From positions 186,001 to 250,000 of the forward strand of contig OX337242.1 of the NCBI GenBank assembly GCA_946965045.2: a DNA stretch of 64,000 bases. Reading direction: 5' to 3'. Positions 11,486 to 22,201 of the stretch are shown one piece after another. Origin of the DNA: Epithemia pelagica (taxonomy: Eukaryota; Protista; Bacillariophyta). The notes under the pieces are model-generated. The model saw only the letters and a list, made by a program, of their open reading frames with translations, had not been told where the DNA came from and did not search any database. The position numbers and the translations under genes were made by a program. Each line of letters begins with the position of its first letter. Position 1 is the first letter of the stretch.

Positions 11486-13940
11486 GTCTAATTATACCCT
11501 CAGTTTTAGACGCGTCTAAAAGGTATAATTATTTTAGACAGAGGTCTTGTCTAAAATAAAATTTTTAGACAAATAGCCTTAACCCTTTCGTAGCGCCACC
11601 GCGATTAACCTTAACCCTTCAGTAGCCCCACGACTGTGGGAGAGTACAGAGTACCCCCAAGCGCTGGGCGAGTATTGAGTCGCACTTAAAAAGGGCTTTC
11701 GTATACTCACCCCCATGGCGCGATCCTGAGCTCTCGGTGTTGATACAAAATGCCAAGCATCTCCCCACTGTCATCACGGTGGTGAAGGTGTAGGGGTCCC
11801 AAATCGATCTCCATCATGTCCATGTCTTCCCACAAATGACACTGTGTCGCTCAGACCACACCAAGAGAACCTTACGGGGCGCGATGATACTCTGGAGCAT
11901 CGATGGCATCCACAGGAGAGGGTTCTAGGGAGAGGTAAATCGCCAAAACTTTCACTCCTGTCTCACAGAACAATTCATCGCCCAAACCCGGTGTTTCCCT
12001 GTTTCCTTTCTCTTCTTCCGTTGCGGGTGTAACCGTTCGAGCGGAGTACAACATAAATCATAAGAAGGAAGACGACTAAGACGAAAATAGCACAACAATC
12101 AACCATATGTGGCTGCATCGACAGATGGTGAGTCAGGAGAAGTCAGAGATAAAGACAAGGACTTGATGACAATCAACCACAGTCTGCTTCATGGCAGAAA
12201 CATGGCCATGATCCTAGCAAAGACAACAGCGAAGGATACGCAACAATCAGCTAATGAAACAACATAATAATCAGCATCTGTGATCATGCAACAATCAGAC
12301 AGCAAAACAACTTATTACAATTGCCAATTCCAAGAGGAGCTACCGGTAGTGGCTGGGCAAAAAACAAGCAAATGGTTCATTATTTGTCTTATTGTTGTTT
12401 TTCTATCTTGGCTTGGTATGAAAGTGGATGCAAAACAAAGACAAAGAGTACACAATAATCAGCCACAATTTGGGATATGGTTGAGGAACCATGATTGGTC
12501 GTTTCCAGTGCCGGTACTTGTCCTCCATTGGTGGTGATCGCTTACTAGAAATTCTTTTCCTCTTCATTGCGACTCAAACTCTTTAATCGATCGGAAAATG
12601 CGACGGCCCTGGTGGAAATCCAACACAACGTACTTGAAACCAATTTGGAGCTCTTCATTGTTTTGTTGGTAGCTTCCTCTTCCTCCTTGTAGTCTTCTCC
12701 CAACAAGGTTCATACAAGTTGTTGTTCCTTCAGAGGCAAGAATAACCAATTGGCACGTGATTTCGGGGTATTGATCACGAGTTGCAACTTTCGCCAAGCC
12801 GAACAGGGATGCAACACGAGGCCTGAGATCAAGGCCAATTGCAACCGGGGACGGTCCAAGTTAAAAACAAATGCAGATCCATCAGGATTAATCCAGTCGC
12901 ACCCAACAGATAGGTAACGACCACATCTGGTGGATTGTTGTGATAAATTTGTTGTGACAGAGTTGAAATGAGTGTATTCCAACCTTGTAGTGGTATGAAA
13001 GGAGGATGGCCCGTTCCCATAGCGGCAATTGGAAAGAGGGAGTGGTGGGCGAATGCGAAGAGGGTCGGTGGAGGGAAATGTGGTTGTCTTGTGGGTTTGT
13101 AGACACGTCGTTGCTTCCAGTCATGATGGTGGAAATGGTGCTTGAGTGTGGCAGTTTGGCAGACACAACAGCAATGTTTCGGTGGGAGTTCAATAGCCGA
13201 GGCCCTTCAGTAGTGGCTATAAAACAGACCTGCAAGCAAGGGCGCTGTAGCAGCTCCAATTGCCGATGCACTGGACCTCACTCGGTTGGGTCCACGGTGG
13301 AACTGTGGAGGTGAAAATGGATTTGTATCAACCTCGAGAAATCGCCAAATTTGGAGGACGCGCCATGGGGGTGAGAACACGAATGCATATTTTCTCCGAC
13401 TCAGGCGGGATTCAAAACTCACCCGGCGCTGGGGGGTAGAGTACAGAGTACATCTCAACAAACGAAGTAGAAGTTCTCAGTTATCCTTTCTGCTACCATG
13501 CTTGATGCCAGAGTTATTGGATGGTTAGGATGACATTGTTCTTGCATTCTCTAAGCATGAGAAATGCTGGTTTCTCCTCCCGTACAACACGGGAAATCCC
13601 ACCAGTGACAAGGACCAGAGCTGCAAATGACACATATGACAACACTGTATGAGGATATGAGGTCCTCTGATTGTGATTCATCTTATTCTGAGTCTCTCCA
13701 AAACAACCTACAAGGGAGCCAGGAAGACTGATGATGTTCCTATCGAATGTGTTGTGGTAGTCCAAAGCTCCTATTACTCACCTTGGTAGAATAGCGGTAT
13801 GTTTAGGGTTAGGGTTATTGCTTCGCCGTATAAAACCACGGAGAGATTTTAGACACCATCTTAGACATTTTATACCGTCTAAAAATGATTTTAGATTTAT
13901 TTTAAACACGAAATATTTTAGACCGTCTAAGCGTGCACCC
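11486..13940. mobile_element. Outer non-autonomous foldback/MITE-like element with subterminal TTTTAGAC/GTCTAAAA arrays and telomere-like (TAACCC/TTAGGG) tracts
   Basis: Left motif copies at 11504, 11514, 11532, 11549 and 11563, then ccttaaccct (11577, 11609). Right end has tttagggttagggtt (13802-13816), then about 6 copies between 13847 and 13930. Exact termini and TSD were not resolved. Confidence 0.6.
11654..13436. mobile_element. Inner 1.78-kb TIR element flanked by TA, non-autonomous
   Basis: Left end cccccaagcgctgggcgagtattgagtc versus reverse complement of right end ccccccagcgccgggtgagttttgaatc: 23/28 identical. Further inverted blocks ctcacccccatggcgcg (11706-11722 / 13359-13375) and gttgatacaaa (11739-11749 / 13322-13332). 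TA at 11652-53 and 13437-38. No transposase motif recognised inside. Confidence 0.75.
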
Positions 13941-14643
13941 TGCTATCCAGCCTATTCTTTTCGCTATGTCGCTAGACTATGGACTATGAATCTATGGGAT
14001 ACTCTCCTCGCTTGGCAAAGGCCCATGCCTACACATCAATGCATCATGCAGATATTATCTACCAAAGCAAGGCGTTTGTGTGGAAAAAGCTCCCAATCAT
14101 GCCTCTGGAAAAATCTAGTACGATCTGGGTCAAAAGTCCTCCCTCAAAGGATTATTGTCCTCGGGCTATATGATAGTATCTCTCCATGAGTTTTCGAATA
14201 AGAGTTGCTCGAGAAGAAAGAACGGTTAGTACTATATTAATAGTAGAGTGAATTGTCTTTCCCAGCGTATGGGAATGTGCTAACAAGATTGGGCATTGTA
14301 ACGTTTCTACCCACATGTTTTCCGGTACTACCGGTATCCTCATTTCCTGGTCCATTACCTAGAAGTAAAGATCTTCCACAAAGATTGGCTCTACACAGGC
14401 GGATAGCGAGAGAGCTATGGTTGGCTGAATTGTGCAACCACTCACCAGCTATTGTTTCAGTTTTGTCCAATCCCAGTCGAGCGATACAACAATTAGAATA
14501 CTCCAAACGCAAATTCAAATTCATATATTCCAAGTCCCAAGTCCACAGTTCTAGCAATGACTTGTCCCCCGACCGGCAATTCTATGCACTTCGTTTCCGC
14601 TTCCATGTTTGGAATCCTGTGTCAGCATGGCCGTCGTCTCGGT

Positions 14644-17600
14644 TCAAGCCCAACAGGGCATGGGACAGGCTGTGGGGTTCGTGCTGGTACTATGCCACAA
14701 ACTCGTCGTCGTTAGCGTAAAAGATCGTGGGTCGTCATGGTCGTCGTCATCCTTGTCCCTCAGTTCTGGATGGTCGTCCTCGAGGAATCCAAACATCTCA
14801 CCCGTGGCCAACCAAACTTCCTTCGCCAAGGCCCTGGGACTCTGGAGGCAGGAGGGTTGCGAGGACTCTTGCGAAAGACTCCAATCTTCATGGGTGGACA
14901 AGGAACCGTCAGCACCATCGTCGTCGTCGGAACCAACAAGGGATGGCTTTCCGGGTGGCTCTCCTACTCGGCGGGTATTTCTATCGGTCGTCATGGGTCG
15001 CCCGGATAGTTTGGAAAAAGGCCGAACCGGGCCAGAAAAGAGTTTGGACCATTTCCACGAATGCGGTTGGGGCGAAAAGGGTTTGGAGGTGGAGGCGGAG
15101 GACGACACGGAACGAAGACTGGTACTCCGGCCAATAGAAAACAACTTTTTGATACTCTTGTTGGACCGTTTCAATTTGTTGTTGTGGTTGGGGCTGGATG
15201 GTTCCGCATCCTGTTGTTGCGATTGCTCCGTTGGGTGGTGGATACGACGGTTCGCCCGATTCAACTCTAAAAAGGGATCCGTTTCGGTTCCTTCAGGAGA
15301 GACGTCTGGTTTGTGAGGAATGTCGTCGTGGCCTTGTTGTTGCTGATGACGAGAATGCTGGCTCAGTGTGGTTCCCAGTGGCGTGTTGTTCCATCCACCC
15401 CCTTGTTTTTCTGGTTTTGTTGGAGCGGTACCCTTATAGGACGTGTCGTCAATCGTCGAAACACTATCCAGATCTCCTCCACCAACAAGACTGGTTGACG
15501 ACAGTGTGCGATCCAACGTGAGTGATTCAACATCTTGTAGACTCTGCTCTACCAACGGATCATCAGTGTTCATCAGTTCTTGCAAAAATTCCGCAATCGT
15601 CCCTGAGACGGTCAAGTCCTTGTCCAGATTCTTATTGGGATACAAGAGTGCATTAATTTCCATCAGAACCTGTGCTTCGTCGTAGTCCAAGGAGGACATG
15701 CCGTAGTTATCGTCATCGTTGTTGTTGTCATCATGTGATGAACGAGACTCCAAACTCTGGATTCGGTCGTCCTGACTTTCGTTGGAAACATAGTCTAGAA
15801 TTCGTTGCGTGATAAATGAGACATCTCGAACCTCTGGCGACTTGCCCGTAGGATGGTCTGTATTCTTGCCCGAAAAACTAGACATTTCTTCAAGGAAGCT
15901 TTCGGAATGATCAATGGCCTCGATAATGACAGGATCTGATGTCTCCTGGGCACCTTGGTCCGTGACCGCTGCTTCACACTGTGGTGCATCCTGCCGCTCT
16001 AATACTGGTTCTTCTGAAACTGTATTGCTGCTGAGATCCTCTCGAGTCGATTGTCCCACTGTCGTGTCCACGGCACTGTCGGGAGTTTGTGTTGTGGCGG
16101 TGGTGCCTTGTGAGATGCTTGCCACACTGTGGGAATGACTGGTGCTATTGGCGTCCCCAGAAGAGAGTTTCTTGGGTTTTAATACGATCGACCCTTTTCG
16201 TGGCTCGACCGAAAGAGTGTCGTTTGTTGTTGTCATGACCGAAAGAGAAACTGGGTTCCTCTTTTTCAAGCTGCTGCAGTGTAACGACTTGGTCCGGGCC
16301 AAGAGTCGTTTCACAAAGGTAGCTGTCGGTTTCCGTTCGACCACTTCTTTGTTCGGTTCTCTTTCATGCCATGTCACTTCAAAGGCGTCATCGTCCTCCT
16401 CGTTGTCTTTGGTCAGGGCAAGGACAAGAGTCTTTTGTGGCTGTTCCGTATCCAGTACGGTGTCCTGTTTCCCCGTGTAATCGTCTCCTTGTCTCCCCGT
16501 CATGGGTTGGTCTGGTCCCTCTGCCTGGTCCTGCGTTGGTATAGGTACAACAGGTAAGGACTGTGTATTAGCAGTTCCTGTCCTACCGCCATTCCTTTGG
16601 CGTTCGGTCGATAGATCTGTCTCGTTGTCCATACTGTCTCGTAGGAGCGAATTGTCGTCGTTGTCTCTGGATGGAGTTCCTACGTACTCCCCCGATACAG
16701 TAGAATCGTGATTATTACCACCACCATCTCCACTGTCTGCCACCTGTTCAGCATGTTCTTCTTTTCCTTCGTCTTCGTCTTTTGTAGGCAAGGATTTTGG
16801 TGGCATTGGTCTGGATGTGGAACCCATTCGCGATCGTTGTGGTGGTGGTGCTTCGTGTTTGGTGGTGAGGTTTGTACTAGTGTCGGGTGCTTTGGTGTCC
16901 TTGGTGATGCATGACTCTGTCGTTTGGGTCGCTGCTGTCCTATTGTCTTGTTCTTGTTCTTCTTTCAGGTCGTCGTCGTGGTCATCGATCGTGGATGAAC
17001 ATTCGAGTGGGACAAAGGCCAAGGGAGAACGAGGACGAATCGATACCCCACTGATTCGTCGCAAGGACCTCCTTCGTTGTGTTTTGTCCTTTGGACGAAT
17101 GGTTGGCGTTGGGACGCTCTCAATCTGTTTCGTTGTGTGTGTTGTATGTGGTTCGCCCGACCACGATTCCTTGTCGTGAGGTGCTGGTTGTGGAGTATCC
17201 CCATGTTGTTTGTTGGGTGGTTGCTCTTGTGTGCTAATTCGATTGTTGCCAACTTGTTCCTGATACTCTTGTTGTTGTTGTTGTTGTTGTTGTATCGTTT
17301 CATCCTCATCCTCACAAGTAGTAGAAGCTGTCGTGACCAGCTCGGTTTCCAAAGCTTCGTAGTCTTGTTCCTCCTCTTCTTGGTCATGTTCTTGTTGCTG
17401 TTGTTGTTGTTCCGAAGAGGGCGTGACAAAGGCCCGAAAGGGTGAGGCGGGCATGTGACGAATCGACACCACCATGTGGTTGGTGGTTCGTCGTCGTTGT
17501 CGTTCTTTTTTGGGTTGTCGGGTGGTCGTGGTAGAAGTTTTGGAAGCCATATCCTCCTCCTCCTCCTCCTCCTCCTCCTCGGTTTCGTCCCCCACAGTTT

Positions 17601-18207
17601 CGTGTCGTTCCTTGTTGTTTGTGCCGCATGCTTCGAATGGTTCTCGATCCTTGTCGTTGTCGTCATTGTACTCCGCCTCCTTGTAACGTTCTGTCGTATC
17701 CACCAGCAGTCCTCCCATGGTTCCTCCTCCCGGACGTGTCGGTACCACCAAACTGTGGCGTCGTCGTCGTGGTCGCGACCTTGGCGTACTGTTCGTATTG
17801 GTGTCCTTGTGATGAACCGGACTGTCTTGTCGTTTCTCATTCGTGTCCTCCCGTACATCCGGCTCTGCTGGTTGGGACACGTGCGTCAACAAGTTTGTGG
17901 TCAAAGACCACCGCGTTTCTTCCTCCACCACCATCACCATGGTCCTGGTTGTTCCTTGCCATAATACATCCTCTTCCTCCTCATCGTCGTCATCATTTAG
18001 CTCGTTTTGGTGATTTTGGGACACGGACGACGGACTATTGACAAATGGGATATAGGAGGAATTTCGAGACCGCATCATTCGTGATACAGTGGTTCGTTTC
18101 GTTCGACCAGTTCGTGGTGCTTTGCTTCGTTCCATTGAGCCCGGATGGAGCGGAGATCGTGCCGAACGAGCCACTGGTGTGGCTAGACGATTCGATTCGT
18201 CTCGCAT
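14644..18207 (-). CDS. Large (about 1190 aa) acidic disordered protein of the array
   Basis: 1216-aa ORF, first ATG 18207; C-terminal KEVWLATGEMFGF (14785-14820) and FTLTTTSLWH resemble motifs in the neighbours. Confidence 0.85.
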   Translation of the reverse strand: MRDESNRLATPVARSARSPLHPGSMERSKAPRTGRTKRTTVSRMMRSRNSSYIPFVNSPSSVSQNHQNELNDDDDEEEEDVLWQGTTRTMVMVVEEETRWSLTTNLLTHVSQPAEPDVREDTNEKRQDSPVHHKDTNTNSTPRSRPRRRRHSLVVPTRPGGGTMGGLLVDTTERYKEAEYNDDNDKDREPFEACGTNNKERHETVGDETEEEEEEEEEDMASKTSTTTTRQPKKERQRRRTTNHMVVSIRHMPASPFRAFVTPSSEQQQQQQEHDQEEEEQDYEALETELVTTASTTCEDEDETIQQQQQQQQEYQEQVGNNRISTQEQPPNKQHGDTPQPAPHDKESWSGEPHTTHTTKQIESVPTPTIRPKDKTQRRRSLRRISGVSIRPRSPLAFVPLECSSTIDDHDDDLKEEQEQDNRTAATQTTESCITKDTKAPDTSTNLTTKHEAPPPQRSRMGSTSRPMPPKSLPTKDEDEGKEEHAEQVADSGDGGGNNHDSTVSGEYVGTPSRDNDDNSLLRDSMDNETDLSTERQRNGGRTGTANTQSLPVVPIPTQDQAEGPDQPMTGRQGDDYTGKQDTVLDTEQPQKTLVLALTKDNEEDDDAFEVTWHEREPNKEVVERKPTATFVKRLLARTKSLHCSSLKKRNPVSLSVMTTTNDTLSVEPRKGSIVLKPKKLSSGDANSTSHSHSVASISQGTTATTQTPDSAVDTTVGQSTREDLSSNTVSEEPVLERQDAPQCEAAVTDQGAQETSDPVIIEAIDHSESFLEEMSSFSGKNTDHPTGKSPEVRDVSFITQRILDYVSNESQDDRIQSLESRSSHDDNNNDDDNYGMSSLDYDEAQVLMEINALLYPNKNLDKDLTVSGTIAEFLQELMNTDDPLVEQSLQDVESLTLDRTLSSTSLVGGGDLDSVSTIDDTSYKGTAPTKPEKQGGGWNNTPLGTTLSQHSRHQQQQGHDDIPHKPDVSPEGTETDPFLELNRANRRIHHPTEQSQQQDAEPSSPNHNNKLKRSNKSIKKLFSIGRSTSLRSVSSSASTSKPFSPQPHSWKWSKLFSGPVRPFSKLSGRPMTTDRNTRRVGEPPGKPSLVGSDDDDGADGSLSTHEDWSLSQESSQPSCLQSPRALAKEVWLATGEMFGFLEDDHPELRDKDDDDHDDPRSFTLTTTSLWHSTSTNPTACPMPCWA

Positions 18208-19416
18208 GCTGTTGTTCTTGGTAAGGAGGTGGTTCAATGGAAAAAAAGAGGAGGGGTGCTTCCGATCACACCAATGTATATAGTCCCAGATCAATCGGAC
18301 CGACTTGTAGAATATTTGTGTCTATCCAAACGTTTGGGAATACAAGAAACTTCACGTGAGAAGTGTGCTCGTACTCGTTTGCAATTGAAATAAAGAATTG
18401 TCGTGAGAGATGGATTCACACACTCTTTCCAGTTTGACGGGTCTGACCAATCTCCGCATGGTGCGCACCTCCTACTAGTTCGGCTCGCAGAGGCATAATA
18501 CTATACTCTGCTTCGCCTCATTTCTTTCTTTCTTTGGGTTGTACCGCAAAGGCTGTTGTTGTTGCTGTATCGTCTGGAACTGCCCGGCCGCCTTCAGATC
18601 TATTATCTTTCAACGCACTCTCTCTTGTGTCACATACACAGTAACGCAGGCAAGGCCCCTTGCTCTTTTAGTTGGCTTGGCGCACCCCCAAACTACACAT
18701 ATGTTGTGATGTTGTTGTTACGGCAAAGCCATGGCGAGCTGCGCCAACCTTGAACGGGGCTTACCAACTGGGGTGCGCCATGGCCCCAAAAGGCCAGCGC
18801 CTCCAGCGGTAAAAGTTTTTCGAGTCCACTCCAACGCTCAGGGTTCTCTTTTCGTGGTCGCAAACGCGACCACTCTGTGCGTGCTCGCAGAAGCTTCTCA
18901 GGCGACTCAAGGAAAGAACTACTATATGACACAAAACATGAATATCTATGTATACCATCCTCGCACGCTCCAGAAGACGACCCACCCTCTGGATGGTCCA
19001 TTGACTCACAATCATTCTCAAGCTATTCGAGAAGAGTGTGAATCTATAATATTTCTCTACTACTAGTAGAAGAGCTAGGAGAGAAGGAATCGAACCAGAA
19101 AGGTCAACTCTCACAACGAAACTAGTTAGTTTATATCATCGATCCGCAAAAAACCAATGGTCCGACCACAGGTTTTTGCGGCAACGACATTCGCTCGCGC
19201 AGGATTGTTGTTGTTTGTATTTACGACAAACTAGAGGCATCCACAATGTTGTAGTGTGTGTAGAAAGGCATGGAAGGTTGTGTAGTACAATCACAGAAAG
19301 AGAACAAAGGTGATGATGAAGATGATGATGATGAAAGTTCATAGGCATGTGCGTCGACTAGTGCTGATGTGTACCAATCCATGGAGCTTGCCGTACCATC
19401 CTGGAAGGAAGGGGGA

Positions 19417-21122
19417 TTATTGCTGTGGGATATTGCACAGAGTCGGCTCAATGGTATCGTCATCATCGTCGTCGACGGCCGTGGACATCATATCCTGCAG
19501 TCGTTCCTTGCCAATCCAGGCTTGGGCCTTGTTCCACGACGCGGTACGAATACTGGTGGAAAAATTCGTCATTTCTTGTTCCGTCTCCTTCATATTGGTG
19601 GCAATGGTTTGCAAAAAGGGCGCCTTATCCGTTTGCAATTCTGGTTGTGTCACCCAATCCGTCATGGCCTCCTGAAAAATTCCGGATCGGGCGGCGTACC
19701 GACACTGCTGGGTGCCGTACTAGCATTGCTGGAATCCACACCGGAATAGCCCAAAAATTCAGCCGTGGTAACAATGGCATCCTTGAGCAAGCCATCGGGA
19801 AACCACGACAAGGTGTCCTTATTGTCGTAGTTATGGTGGTGGTGGTGATTGGTGACGACCAGACTGGTCGAGTTTCGGCTGGTGGTTGTGTTCCGATGCG
19901 TATCGTCCACATCGCTAAAACTCGCGGTGGAAAGGGTGGCATCCTCCGTCTTTTCATCCTCACTGCTAGTCCCGGTGTTGTTGTGGTGGTGGTTGGGGGT
20001 GGTTTTGCAAAAGGTGACCACGCGTGGTGTCCCCATGGAGGAACGGTTGTTGTTGTTGTTGATGGGCGTCGAATATGGAGAGGGACGCTTGAGAGCAGGA
20101 GGGGCGTCATTGTCGGGCAATGTTTGGGTCATGTAGGACAAGGACTCCAAGGAGGTGGCTCCGATCGAGGGTGGGTGGTCCGTAGTCGTGACTCCCGACG
20201 CAAAAGGGACGTTTTGGTTCTTGTTGTTCATGTTGTTGTTGTTGTTGTTCTGATTCTTGTCGACAGAATCAGATGCTGGTTGTCGTTGTGCCGATCGACG
20301 GGGACTCGGAGTTTGACGACGCCGACGCGGACTGGGCGTGGAACGAGCACTGCTGGTACCACGGCGACGACGAGGTGTACTGGGGCGACGACGACTTTTA
20401 GACGGACTAGTATTGGTGGCGGTGGTACCACTCGTCGTCGCCATCATCATGGGGAGACCACTACTCGTAGAATGACTCACGAGAAGAAATTCTTCGCCCG
20501 TCTTGACATTGACCAGCTTGAATGGCTCTGGAGATTCCACTGGAGAAGAAGACGGATTGGCAGCGGCCTTGACTGGTACGGATTCCTCAGTTTCATCTTT
20601 TTTTGCTTCCTTCGGTTTCGCTTGCGGCCTTGTTATTGTTGCTGTTGCCGGATTGGACGCCGCCTGAACTCGTCGAATAGGAGTGACTTGTCGACGAGAC
20701 GAACGAGAGGCACTCGATTGTTTGGAGGATTTTTTGGGCAACGCCGGCCTTCTCGTATTCGAAGCGACCGTGACACGCTTGGAGGGAGACTTGCTTCGTC
20801 GAGTCCTTGTCTTTTTTCCAGTAGTATTAGTAGCAGGTGACTTGGTGGTGGCTCCAACAACTAGGTTCTTGTCGGTAGTAGAAGGAATATCTTGTTTGGG
20901 GCCTGTGGTTGCCTCGGGTACTTGTGCCAGTCGCGGCTTCTCAACGGCAATGCCTCTTTGTTGTTGTTGTTTCCATGACTTGTTGTTTCGAACCGAGGCT
21001 CGGTGAAGACTGCTCGAGGCACTCAAACTCACATCATCCTGGGGAGGAGGAGGCAATAGTTGGGTCACCATGTCGAGGGGGATCCCCATATTCATGTTAT
21101 TGCCGCTTGGAAAGGCTTGCAT
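19417..21122 (-). pseudogene. Array member with one -1 frameshift in an A5 run (19675-19679); disrupted allele or homopolymer error
   Basis: ORF 19662..21167 ends PDPEFFRRP*. Adding one T on the coding strand gives PDPEFFQEAMTDWVTQPEL, which joins ORF 19417..19665 and restores the family FFxxAL motif. DAIVTTAEFLGY at 19746-19781. Confidence 0.75.
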
Positions 21123-22201
21123 CTTCTCCTGCAACAATAACGATGAGTTTGATGGCTCAATACACAATGGTCAAGAAGGAGGAGAAGGAAGAGAAGAAGA
21201 AGGAGGAGGAGGAAGATGTTGGACCACAAAGAAAAACACTGAGATTCTGACCTCGTGACCTGGGTGTTTTGAAATGCTGAATCTAACAGACGCATTATTC
21301 TGGATTCTTGTGTTGATCGTATAGGGGCCTAATAGCAGAGTTACACCCGGCGAACGACACAACCTATCGCATCCGGTTCATGTTCATGTGGATCCTTCCC
21401 TTTTCGATATAATAGGTAGTCGTGGGGAACCAAAGAAAAATAGTGAGCCAACGTCAATCGTCATCAATGTTTGTATTTTGTGTATCGAAACATATGTCAG
21501 GGTTGCTATTGTTTGCTAGGAGTACCTTCTTATTGTGGCGGTGAGCCTCGTAGCGAAGGACGGACGACTTACAGACAAACCTGTGGATAAGTAATGGTTT
21601 TTATTCATACATGTAGTGTACCAGCACGTGCTTACTTATTTTGCAAGACCGAATCACAATTGAAATTTTCTGGGGAACTCCGGCCGGTCTTTCGTCCCTC
21701 TCTCACAAATTGATGGACACGAACAATCCTACTTATGGTGTGTGTGACCCACCGAATCGAGACCGTTGGGGTTGGAGACAACGACGAATGCACTCGTTGT
21801 CCTGGTTGGTTGGGCACTCTCGTCGAGGCACTCGGCATGAGGACAGACGGTTTTAGGAATACCTTGTTTAGTCGGTGGGTATACTAGTATAGATTGGATC
21901 TCGTCGTGTTGTGAGTTGTGAGAGAATGCCTGCAACCGTGGAAGCCAATGCATGGATCGATTTCATCCTATATTACAATATGTCACCTACATTCCTTCAT
22001 CCGCGTGCCCGGAATGACACACAAATAATGGAACCAGAAACTACAAAATAAGAATTGGCATGGACGAGCTAGATACTGTAGGAATACGACAGAATATATA
22101 CTAAGAGTTCCAGAAGTAGTAATCACTGGTTCTGACGATCATGTAGAAACCCATTTCCGAGAATGGCCCACACACATCGAATTCATTCCACACTCGACTA
22201 C

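Noticed and set aside
12280-13765. Transposase or RT gene inside the nested elements
   Set aside because: Only ORFs under 130 aa; no DDE/D, YxDD, HUH or zinc-finger motifs recognisable.
11577-13816. True telomere or chromosome fusion point
   Set aside because: Only 2-3 degenerate repeats per side, embedded in an element with other inverted motifs; too short for a telomere.
19425-20840. 471-aa plus-strand ORF
   Set aside because: Antisense shadow of the array gene 19417..21122; low-complexity S/T coding leaves the opposite strand stop-poor.
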